In this document: positions 52,666-64,000 of the stretch, piece by piece
Layout: each line of letters begins with the position of its first letter
How positions within the stretch are numbered: the first letter of the stretch is position 1
Source of the DNA: Amoeboaphelidium protococcarum X5
Lineage: Eukaryota > Fungi > Aphelidiomycota
Length of the DNA stretch: 64,000 nt
Direction of reading: 5' to 3'
Assembly (NCBI GenBank): GCA_023515725.1
Contig: JALDTO010000098.1
Location: forward strand, 522,164 to 586,163
The notes under the pieces: generated by a model
What the model saw: the letters and a program-made list of their open reading frames with translations, nothing else
Told to the model about the DNA's origin: nothing
The model's database searches: none
Program-made: the position numbers and the translations under genes

Positions 52666-53734
52666 CCCAATTCTGCAAGATATTAAGGACTAGATGTAAA
52701 CACTTGCTAAGTAAAAGGAAATCTTTTGAGAATTCGCTTCTGAACGTTTGAAGGAACGGGAGAACGCTAAAAGAGAGCTATAAAATGGCGTGTGTGCGAA
52801 AAGGTGAGCGCGTAACAACAGAAAGCAGAGAACGAGAATACCGCAGCGGAAATCCTTCAAAGCGAAACCGAATGATGCCATTTGAGCGTTCCACAGTATA
52901 TGGAATGATACCGTATTGAACGCGCGATACTGTAAGTGAGCCTGATAAAATTGAAATTGTTTGAAACAATACAGTGAAGTATGATAACTTTTGATATATG
53001 CAGTATATCTGTTCACTACAACGCGTGCTAGAGCAAATTGACTCCATTATATGTGGAGACATAAAAAGTGCGGTATATCAGATATCATTCAAGGCGAAAG
53101 GAGGTGCTCGCTGTGGAAAAGCCTTCCAACAGAGTGAAAATAAAGATGCAAAATAATGGATAAGAGGAACAAATAAGCTAGTTTATTTGGTATTTATCAT
53201 AAAGACTTAGTATTCAGATAATCACCTCAGGCTCCGGTCTTGAAACAATGTATATCGCGTGAATAACTCCTACAATTTATATGAGAAATACTTATCAAGA
53301 TTATTTAAGTGCGATGATATTACCTGGAATGTATCCCAAGATTGTGAGCAGAACATTAACTAAAAGATCAATACTACATCCAGTCTTGATCAACACACCA
53401 GCTGGTGGAAGAATCACGGCACAGCAAATCTCCCAAAATGATGTACCCATATTTCAATAGTTCTCTTTCATGCGACTTTAATTATGGAGAGATTCAAAAT
53501 AAAAACAGGACATTGATCACGCATTAGATCATAGACAGGTCATTGTGACTAGTTATGAAAGAGCTGCACCAAACGTGATGATGCTTAGCCGGGCATGTGT
53601 AAAGAGATCGTCGCAACCAATCTTTGTTGTTGTCGTCGTCGTCGTTGAAACGGTGCCTGAAGACCGTCATTTCCATCTCTTCTTGTTTCAACGACAAACA
53701 ACAACCACCTCAACTATATAAACGTAGCTTTAAT

Positions 53735-54299
53735 ATGGTAAGTCTATCATTAGATATTCATACTTACATTGAGAAATCTAATACATCATTTAACTGATTT
53801 TTTGTAGGCTGAGAGAGCTAATAAGAAAAAGAAGAGAGCAGTCCGTCAGAGCTCCAATGTATTTGCCTTCTTTGATTAGAAGCAGATTGCCGAGTTCAAG
53901 GAGGCATTCACACTGATCGATCATGACAGTGACGGTTTTATTGATAAGGAAGATTTGAAAGATATGCTCTCCTCCCTCGGTCAAAATCCTACTGATGAAT
54001 ATGTGGAGAAGATGATGGATGAGTCTACTGGATCTATCAATTTTACCATGTTTTTGACAATGATGGGCGAGAAACTGAGTGGTACAGATCCGGAGAACGA
54101 GATTTTGGAAGCATTTGCAGTATTTGATGAAAACAATGTTGGTTTCATTGAGACTGAGTTAATGAAGGAGTATCTCACCACGATGGGTGATCGCTTTACT
54201 GACGATGAAGTTGAGATTCTCTTCCGACGTGGCAATTTGGACAAGAATGGCAGATTTGATTATCGTGAGTTTGTCAAGTTGTTGAAGCACGGCGAATGA
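53735..54299 (+). CDS. Myosin II regulatory light chain; intron 53738-53807 right after the ATG
   Basis: [30 protein letters not shown]-hand [27 protein letters not shown]. Confidence 0.93.
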
Positions 54300-54427
54300 T
54301 AATGTTTGTCGTAATGTTCTTGTTGAATGATTGGATTGGATTTAATGTTGAGGCTGGATGATAGACAATGAGTGAATGAGACTGTAATTCTTCTACTTAT
54401 TTAGCTTTAATTCGCATCATACTTTCA

Positions 54428-56026
54428 TCACTTCATCAGACTAGATAAGCCTCGTTTAGCAGCTAGAGTTGACTTGCCTTATGTAGCCCTTTGAGTCATT
54501 TCTGTATTGCATAAATTAAATGGTGCATCAGGATGATTTGAAACTGTAGTGACTGTTTTTAGCGATGGTAGGTTAAAGTGCTGGTTATTTTCTTTACCAT
54601 TATTCTCTTAGCCATTTCTTATTAAAGACGGTGCCAACTTATCAAAGCCTTTACCAACTTGCCCGATCCTAAATGAACTCGGCGCAAGCTTAGACTTTCC
54701 AATAAATTAAGCTTCAGGTACAGAGGAAACTTTCTGCTTCTTGAACGCTTTTCTCACTGGTTGTGCCAGACATAGATTTCTCTCCTATACAACCATCAGT
54801 GATTTAGCAGGAGGCTTAGTTGGCATAAGTTCATCTTGATCTTTATCATCATCTACTTTCTTTTCGGCAACTTATTCTGGCTCGGCGTTGTCTTGTAACG
54901 AGTTGTGATCTTATACCGCAACTACTTTACCAACCTAAGGAGATATATTAGATGGTTATGATGATGCCGGAGTAGTATCCGCGTTTAAAACAGCTTCTTC
55001 GATTAGGCTAATCTTGGCGGCTTCAGTTATTGTGGGCAGTATGAATGGCTTGTAATCAACAAGCTCCCGGTCCAATTGTGCATACAATACGGACAAACTT
55101 ATGGCATTTTCAGACACAGAATGCAACTAGTATAAAGAGGTGTAGTCAATTGATTCCTAATTACAACCATCTGTATTTAACAGAACGACTTTCATCTGAC
55201 CTTTGTCATTATCATCAGACAGATTCTATAGAGTCTCTCTAAGCTCTTCAAAGCTTTCAATTACCAACACAGAGCCTCCACATTGACAGATCAGTTTAGA
55301 GACAAGTCCATCGTTCTCCGAGTTTTTCACGATAAAAACAAAGTCATGTAGTAGAGTTCGCCTTCGACTATCAGGATACCAAGATACGTTGGGCAGATTA
55401 CCACCATCCTAAGCAAGCGGAGGCAAATAATCTCTCTCATCAGGTGCAGAGAACGTGCCCAGCAGAGCAGAGTCATTCTTCTACCCAATAGCCTCAGCAG
55501 CCACAGTGATATCGCGCATAAACCTTTCACTGACAATATATTTAGCACTAGCCAGAGCCATGACTGCTTTCCATGTTGGATGTCTTTATGATAGAAGCAG
55601 ATGAGTGCAACAACCAGTCCATTAATCTGAGATTGTGTAATCACAGAATTTGGAGTTATCGCGGTAAAGTTGAAACGCATCGGGAGAAATGTTTGAAATG
55701 CAGAATTTGTAGTCCACTCTCCTAATGATAGCACCAGACGTTCCATGACCAAACTTAATGACATCACCATCTTTTAGCTAGATTGTCTTATTTTTATCCA
55801 CATGAACGCCATTAACAAATGTACTTTATTTAGAACTGAAATCTTGGATTAATAGTTCAGAGTGATCATCTTTATTGGAGACCCTGACTTAAAAACAAGC
55901 ATGTTTTCTTGATACCGTCACATCGTCTGATATCACAATATTGCAGTTCACTCTACCCAAAGTGTATTACTGCCTGACCGGACAAAGCCAATACGAACGA
56001 ATATTATTAAGTTGCAGAATCCACAT
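54428..56026 (-). CDS. NBS1: Nibrin/Nbs1 (FHA-BRCT, MRN complex)
   Basis: MWILQ start; FHA LGRVNC..DDVTVSRKHA..SKQSTFVNG..LKDGDVIKFG; BRCT WTGCCTHLL..TWKAVMAL; Mre11-binding-like RKAFKKQ. Confidence 0.8.
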
Positions 56027-56445
56027 TGCAGATCAACCGGGAGATCTGCTGAAATTCAATGTTAAATGTAGCAAAGAAAGTGAAAAATTCATGGCACCAG
56101 ATTGTTTCAACATTCAGAGAACGCGCGATTGTCTTCGCAGCTGTTGTTTCACCATATCTGAGTATTGAAGCTGAATGTGAAATCGAACCATTCCACGATG
56201 AAAGAATGATCATGATGATCGAGATCATGATTTAGACGTCCTTGACAACCACAGCATTTATTGTTCTCTTCATAGTTACCATCATCAACAAACTAACCAA
56301 CTAACAACTATCCATGATCACAAAATGCTATTTCCGTTACGTTTGAGTGTTGGACATTATTATATCTGTACTTTCCTTGTCTATTTATTCAGCTGTGTCT
56401 TATATACCGTTTGATTAGTATTGAAACAAGTTAGATAAAGCTTTA

Positions 56446-59400
56446 ATGTTTGAGGATAGATTGAACGAATTGAAGTCGTTCATCCTGAACAATCATCCGA
56501 AACACCCGGATTCGGCTTTATCAGTAGATGCTCTCCTGGATGCCGTCGTTGCCATATATGAGGACTGTAAATCGTTTACTGGGGCAGAGAAGAATAGCAG
56601 CGTACCGAGATTTATTTAGAGGTATGGCTCGCTGGTGAGTGAAGTGAAGAGATTGCGCATGAATCAGGATGATTTCACCTATATCCGTAGACTTGCCAAG
56701 GGCCATTTTGGAGAAGTTTCCCTGGTCAGAAGTAAATTTGATGGTAAAGTGTACGCCATGAAGACATTGCATAAAGCAGACATGTTGAAATAGAAAGAAA
56801 TCGCATTCTACATGGAGGAGAAGTAGATTCTATCTACAGTAGAGTCTGAGTGGACCACGTCATTGATCGCCTCTTTCTAGGACGAGAACAATCTGTATCT
56901 AGTTATGGATTATGTTCCCGGTGGTGATGTTGCATCTTTACTTATGCGTGCAGATGAGGGATAGTTGAAGATTGATGAGGATTTTGTACGATTTTATATA
57001 GCAGAGATTGTTCTGGCTCTTGATGAACTTCACAAACATAACTACGTTCATCGTGATCTTAAGCCTGGTAATGTTCTGCTTGATGCGAGTGGTCATGTCA
57101 AGTTGGCAGATTTTGGGTCGTGTATTATGCTTGATGCGAACAATTAGATTACATCTACAGTGAGTGTTGGTACGCCTGATTATATCTCACCTGAGGTGTT
57201 GCAGGCTGTCGAAGGTAAGGGCGCGTACGGTAAGGAGTGTGATTTCTGGTCTCTGGGTATAACTTTCTATGAACTGCTCATTGGAGATCCTCCTTTCTAT
57301 GCTGAGAGTTTGATGGAGACTTATAATCAGATTATGAATCATGAAGAGTATTTCAGCATTCCCAATGACATGAAGGTATCAGATGACGCATTGGACCTGA
57401 TGAAGAAGCTGATATGTAAGAAGGAGAAGCGCTTGAAATCGGCTGATGAAATCAAAAAGCATCCGTTTTTTAAATCCATGGATTGGGACAATTTGCATTA
57501 GAAGTCAGCTCCTTTTATACCAAAGCTCGCGGCTGATGATGATGCTAGTAATTTTATCGAGTTTAATGGTGAAGATGAGGAGGGTAATGCGATTTCGAAT
57601 CCTGGCACTAAAAGTTTTGGTACCAACAAGAACTTTATCGGTAATCAGCTCAGCTTTGTCGGTTTCAGTCATAGTAAGAATGCCAATATTGCCAAGGCTC
57701 TGGCTGGTGGTGCTGTAGCACCAGCTGCATCTCAGAGTGTGTCTAGTGGTGTAAGAGATAATGTGGCCGAGTAGGCTCTCAGTGCTAAACTCGCTTAAGC
57801 TGATGCTGAATGTGAAAAGTTGAGAGCCAAGTTGGCTGACGAGACTAAAAATGTCGGTAGTTTAAAGAGTGCCTAACATGCAATGGAAGCTGATTTGAGA
57901 CAATTGAAGATTACGATCAGTGAGTATCAGTCCAAGATTGAGGCTAAAGATAGTCAGATTTCTCAAATTGATCGAGATAGTAAACTGGTTACCGTTGAGC
58001 TGGAGAATATCAAAAAGCGTTATCGTGAATTGACTGATGAAAAGGCCCAGATCGAAATAAGTCTGAGTCTGCTGAAGGAGTCTTTTGATAAGGAGGTTGT
58101 TGCTAGTAGCCAAGCTCGTGAAAGTGTGAATAGTTACAATGAACTGAAGACTGGTATGGAGTCACGTCTGCAGGAGGCCATGAAAACTTTAGACGAGCAA
58201 TCGCTTGAAATTGTCAGACTGGAGAAGGAGCGTGGCAAGATGGATATTGAAAAGGTTAAGTTGCAGGTTGAACTGACTTAGAGTAAAAATGCTCTCGAAG
58301 AAGAGAAGTCTTCTAGAGATGCACTGAAGAAGCAACTGTCTGAAGTTGAAGACAAACTGGTGACTGAAAGTTCTGAGCTTGGATTTGCAAAAGAAGCGTT
58401 GAGATAGGCTGAATCTGCCCTCGCATTGGTCAAGTAAGAACTTACAGACTCCAAGGCCAGGCTATCTAAGGAAATCGATGATAACTCTGTACTGCGTAAG
58501 AAGTTGGACGAGATTGAAAAGAGTAAGAATAGCAGTGAGCGGGAAGTGGCAGCAATGAGAATCAAGATTGAAGAGCTGTCTCTGCTTCAATAAGAGAAGA
58601 ATGCACCGGTGTAGCCGCAGTTGAAGCAAGAGTCATCCTTATCTGCATAAAATTCCTTGAAGTCGCCCACAAAGAATGCATTTGCCTTCTTCGGAGCCAG
58701 AGAGCGATCTGTCGATCTGTCAAAGCAGCTGGAGAGTGAGGTTGAGTCTAAGAAGAAGGCTTTGATGGAATTGGAGAAAATCAATGAAGAGAAGAAGCGT
58801 ATCGAATAGAAATACAACGAAAGCAAAGAGAGTCTTACTGCTGCAGAAGCTGAACTTAATTAGTTGAAGTTGATCATGAAGAAGATTGAAGCTCATACTA
58901 TGCAGACAAAGTAGCGAAGATCCACCACATCTACTCGTAATCCGCTCCTTCCTGAGGAGACTGTTGCCGATGGTTAGCCTACAGCTCAAGTTGTTTCCAA
59001 CTCTAACTCTATCGCATTGGATGATGAGTAAAAGTAGAAATTGGAGAAGAAGATTGCTGAGCTGTAAAAGAGCATTGCTGTCAGTATGGTGGAGATTGAA
59101 GAAATGAAAGGTAAGCTTAAGGAGGAGCAGACGCAGAGACTGATTGCCGAGAATCGCCTCAAGTTTGTCGATATTTAGATTAAGGAGGATCAGATGATTC
59201 GCAATGGAATGGAGAAGCGTATTGCTGAGCTGACTGTCGCCAAGGAAGTGGCCAGTAAAGAGATAATGCTGGTTTAAGCTAACATTAAGAGACTGACATC
59301 CTAAAAGTCGGCTCAAGATTCTGAGATTGATCAACTGAAGTAGAACTTGGTTATTGCTCAGAGTGAGCGCGATGAAGTTGGCAGAAAGCTGGAATTCTAT

Positions 59401-61272
59401 ATGAAGCAAAAGTCAGAGTTGGAGGAGGAGAATTCTAGAATGAAGAAGAGAATTGATGAGCTCAACATGAACAACATTGATCCCGCAGAGTTCACCGCTC
59501 TGGCTGAGGAGTGCAATAAAATTCACCGTGAGTTGAATGAAATGACTCTGAAGTATGATAATCTCGTATCAAGGCACAAGGTGGTAGTAGCTGAAAATGA
59601 GGGCTTGAAGAAGCACACTGACGATGATGTGATTACTGGTATGGAGAAGAGCACCGGCGCCTCTTCGGATGATGTGGAATCCAATGCGGAGACTACAAAG
59701 AAGGCCCGCATTAACATGACCAAGATTAAGGGATTGCAGTAGAAGTTGAATAATGAAGTGGCTAAGCGTGTCTCCCTTGAGGCTGAGTTGGAAGCTGTTA
59801 AGTAGTCTAAGAATATGTTGGAGACTGAGTTGGATGAGACAAAGAAGCAGTTGCAGTTGCAGGCTGCGAATCAGAAATCCATTGACATATCTGACCTGCG
59901 CAGTCTGAATTCATCCGCACTGAGAAAGCTGATCCGTCCTATTCTATTCCCTGAAAATGGATCGCATCCTTTAATACAAGGCTGGATAAAGATGCGGGTG
60001 CCTAGAAATAGTAAGAAGACCAAGTTTGACTGGGTCAAGAAGTATGCTGTGCTAAAGAATAGCAAATTGTATTTGTTTGAACGAGAAAAGGACAAGGATT
60101 CTAGCACTCAGGAAGCTATAATTGATCTGAAAAATGATCTATTCCAAGTGCGATCTATCAGAAATAAGGAGTTAATTCATCTAAGCACTAAAGAGTTATC
60201 CGCTGTGTTTACTGTACAGGTGCTGACTTCAGTTGGTCACTCGATTGCATCTCTTGATCGACTGAACTAGATTGATGGTGGCAACACTGTCGATGTTGAT
60301 TTGATCTAGAAGAAGATTATGGCTGTTGGTACTGCGATTGCTAAAGAGGATAAGTTCAGAGAGGCGACTGAGAAGATGGTGAAAGCAGCAACTGGTGATA
60401 TAAAAAAGAGGACTCAGGTAGAGCTTGATGACTGTATCAGGCGTCTAAAGGTGTTGCATGAAGAGTAGGCTGAGTTGGAGCGATAGTTGGAAGTATCGTC
60501 TATCCGTAATGATAAAATGTCCATCGCTTCCTCTGAGAATACGAATGATGTTGTTATGCATCCTCTGAAGCCAAAAGGATTTATTGGCGACGTTGCCCCA
60601 ATATCTGAGAATCCAGAGCTGTAATCACAGGAAATCATAAATGAAATTGAAAGGAAGAAGGCTTACAAGAGGGGAGTTGAGAATATGCTGTCCATTGTCA
60701 CCAACTCTGAAACTAAACAGTCCTTGACCACGTAATTGCAAAATGTTGATAAGGACATTGGCGTGTTGAAGATGAGCCTGGACAATATTGCCATCACATA
60801 GTCTACCATGGCACTCCCCTCAGCTAACCAGTTGTCATCTTCTCAAAGTTAGCAAGCATAATCTGGATTGAATAGCAGCAAGAATCAGGTGATGGAGCAC
60901 AATGGTCATTACTTCAGGGTGAAGTCTTATACCCCGTCCAGTTCATCCAAGTGTTTCCATTGCCACTCTGAATTCTTTGGGACCAATTAGACTTTGGAGT
61001 GTGGACAGTGCCGAATCCAGTGCCACAAGTTTTGTTACTCCCTTATTGATGTTAGCTGTGAGTAGCATCAGGCTGCCAAGAAGGCAATGAAATGGTACTT
61101 TATGGCGGCAGATGAAGTTGACAAGATGAGATGGGTGACCGGGCTGGATTGTGTGAAGGCTGCATTCAAAGAGGACTCCACATCTTCCCAGGTTTCCGGC
61201 ATGATGTCTGACAGTGCGACCAATAATGCAGGTGGAGTGGACATTGATGAACTGCTTGCAGCTGATGATTGA
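56446..61272 (+). CDS. DMPK-family (ROCK/MRCK/citron-like) kinase: kinase, coiled coil, split PH containing HR1-HR1-C1
   Basis: 1608 aa; [10 protein letters not shown]-terminus, [43 protein letters not shown] hydrophobic motif, C1 GHYF...C..C...C..C...CHKFC. Confidence 0.88.
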
Positions 61273-61416
61273 CTGATTGATTGATTGATGAAGATATAGA
61301 ATAAAGAATTTTTACTTCGAAAATATATAAGCTTATAGTGCCTACCTTTATAGAAACAACATATTAATCGATATCATATGAGTGTCAACTCTTATACGGA
61401 GGAGAATCTACTATAC

Positions 61417-62295
61417 TCAATCTTCACCGCCCCAACCGCCCCATAGTGGATACCATCCGAATAGACCACCATGTCCACTTTTACGAGAGAAGTAATCAAA
61501 ATCAATGGAGATGGCACAAGCTAGAAGAACTGCTCTCTGCTGAAGAGACAGCGCAGATGTTGAAAAATCTCTGCGAACGCTCTCATCCTGACCGGAGGCG
61601 GTGTCCATACGCAGAATATAAGTGGACGTGTCAGTGAATATCTCTCGCGCGAATCCCGTAAAGTTCTTATCAATGGTGGAGATGATTTGAGAATCCTCAG
61701 CCAGAACATGAAATTACCAGGATAGGAATGGAGCATCAATCAGACCAAACTGCTTCTTGCCAACGAACAGATCATACCGCCTTCTCCATAGATGCCACCG
61801 CTACTACACTTCGCCGATAACTTCTCCAAACTCGTCATGAACATAGATTCTACTATTAATGAACTGGAATGGTCTCCTCACAGTCAATAGAGATTGGCCG
61901 CTAGCAGATAACACATTTGCAGTAAATGGCCGATGCGTCCTCAGCACTTATCTGCTTAGAACACTCAATATAGACGGCGCATCTTCAACGATAAAGCCAA
62001 CGTTCTGCGCAGTTGACGCGTCATATATAGCATATTTGTTCGCCTATTCATAGCCAAGCATTACATTCATCATCTCCAGTTGCCGACCTATGGCCAGCGC
62101 AGGTCGTTATAATATTTCGGCGGATGGTGATTGAGATGTCAAACCTTGATTCTTTCCAATAGGCACAGCATCATACACCTGCTATTTCGATCCTGTATCA
62201 CCACCATTCTGCGTCGATCGTCTAGAATAAAATGCAGTCCTTCTACAAGCTAATACTTTTAAGCTTTACTATAAAATTCTTTGATATCGCTACAT
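61417..62295 (-). CDS. AIM25: Mitochondrial scramblase-family protein Aim25
   Basis: RQLEMMNVMLGYEQANKY, RTHRPF, WHLWRRRYDLF, GFAREIFTDT, RAVLLACAISIDFDYFSR. Confidence 0.88.
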
Positions 62296-62454
62296 TTCTC
62301 ACTTGATCTCAGTAAGAAATCACAATAGAATTCGATCGAAAAATCTAAACTGAGTTAAGGCGATTCAACAAGGCAAGAAAATATATATATATAATACGCT
62401 CTGAGAATTAACTAGAAAGTAATTGTATCGGTTTAATGTCAATATCATTATATT

Positions 62455-64000
62455 TCATTTGCGCCAGTATTGAGAAAACTTGTGAACAGTTTCAATCAGT
62501 TGAGGAAAGAGGGCTGTCACACTTTCATTGATGAGCGAGTTCAAGTGTTGAATGGCTTCTTCCTCATTCAAATCAAGGCGGAACTTGTCCAGAACTTTGC
62601 CGAAAACTTTATCAGGGTCACTTCTGATATCGGGAACATTCGCATCCACCATCAATTGGAACATGTTCAATATCATGCCAGCATTCCGACGCCACGTCAT
62701 GAAGATGGTAAAGCAAAGATTCTTGAATTTACGAAAGTGTACCGAATTCATTCCACCCATACAGTCTACCATTTCTCTCGATATCTTCATCGGAGGTGGA
62801 AATGGCTTCGGATCACGACCAAGGAAGTAACCAAAATCAATGTGGAATAAATTACCTTCCGGAGTTACCAGTAGATTGTCCAAATGCCTATCACCAATTC
62901 CCAGAATGTAAGTGATTACACAGTACCCGGCGCAACTTTTCACATAGTTATCAAACACCACCGGATCGATACCATAAGTGTCAAGAGAGCTGAAGCTAGT
63001 CATTTTGCTTTATCCGCCGCTCTACTAATCCGGATCAGCAGTCTATTGCAACGAGGCAGCAGGCGCTACAGAGCGAAAGTACGTCTGTAAACTGTTTCCA
63101 TAATCACTGAGGACATTAGCCAGTGCCATGGATGGAATGAACTGAATGAGACCATGATCAACACCCGTGGCGAGTACTTTGTATGGCGTCAACTTCAAAT
63201 CCATATTCTCCTTCTTCAGCATCTGATCCATAATCTCTATCATTTACATCACCAGCTAATCTTGCCGTAAATCATCTCCAACTTTGAAAATAAGAGAATA
63301 TTTACCTGATTCAGTATTAGCAGTCTTGAACACTAATTTTATAGGCATAAGATTACTCTTGAAAATGGTAGACTCTTCAGGAACTACGCCAGTGATTGAT
63401 ACGGATGCATCCAATGGGAGGATGATCGCCTTCTAAAATTACAACCATCCTTAATCTGGATCTGCCAGGTGCTACTTTAGCCATTGAATTTTTTTTGGTC
63501 TTGGCTCCTTCATTGATCTCAGCTCCTTCGTGAGCGCGACTAATCGTTATATAAAGTCACTCTATTATCGCAAAGAGCTGCGAATCTCATTTCCATTCTA
63601 CTGCTCCATCAGTTTAGACATGAATTAGTACGATACTTTGGAAAACATCTTGGCATACTATGGGTCTTCGCTCTCCAGAGACAGGTACCAATACAAATTA
63701 TTGCCGACTATCATGTCCTTAACCCCAGATCTAATCAAGAATTCAACCAAGTCACTTTCATATATCGCACCACTACCGGAAGAAGACGCAACACTGCCTA
63801 GAGATCCCATCACATCTGCAGAGAGATTCTCAAATTTAATCGCCTGTACCAGCTGGGAGAGAATAGAATTGAGTTGAGCTGAATCCACCTTCTCTAATTA
63901 TTTGACAGCGTATCTGCGAATCTGAGCATATGATGTTCGATAACCACCCTGAACTTTATAAGATGGACCTAAAAGTTCAAGAATATCGCTAATATCCACA
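62455..64000 (-). CDS. VPS34: Class III phosphatidylinositol 3-kinase Vps34 (5' part off window)
   Basis: [57 protein letters not shown]. Confidence 0.96.

Noticed and set aside
52872-52945. Possible box C/D snoRNA (ATGATG...CTGA, ~74 nt)
   Set aside because: Box C is imperfect (ATGATGC), there is no terminal stem, and I could not recognise an rRNA or snRNA antisense element.

Overview
This is gene-dense, intron-poor eukaryotic nuclear DNA from a fungus-related (holomycotan) organism using a non-standard code in which TAA/TAG = Gln and TGA is the only stop. That is why the supplied standard-code ORF track is shredded. The code plus fungal-type genes best fits the aphelid Amoeboaphelidium protococcarum (inference). 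Re-reading with TAR=Gln gives about 35 genes, mostly housekeeping: UTP10, TXNDC17, ING, bL17m, STE20 kinase, RasGAP, HOP2, TRS23, Rab8/Sec4, CysRS, UXS1, ClpP, ARP5, CCT7, beta-CA, panB, cystathionine beta-lyase, THOC1, MFSD1, SAS-6, DPP-IV, uL23, RPN11, myosin RLC, NBS1, a ROCK/MRCK-like kinase, AIM25 and VPS34. The standout is a ~2.2-kb Fanzor2/IS607-TnpB-like RNA-guided nuclease gene (31947-34177, minus strand), invisible to standard-code ORF calling. It keeps the RuvC D-E-D triad, has lost the Cys4 zinc ribbon, carries about 30 TAR-Gln codons, and has one in-frame TGA and one frameshift. It is followed by ~800 nt of non-coding sequence (candidate omega-RNA) inside a small accessory island. 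Other notable items: a signal-peptide MATH-BTB candidate effector, an algal-type secreted lipocalin, a ROCK-like kinase with HR1-HR1-C1 inside a split PH domain, and all 10 inferred introns ending in TGTAG. Coordinates come from manual translation and family calls from motif recognition, not database searches.
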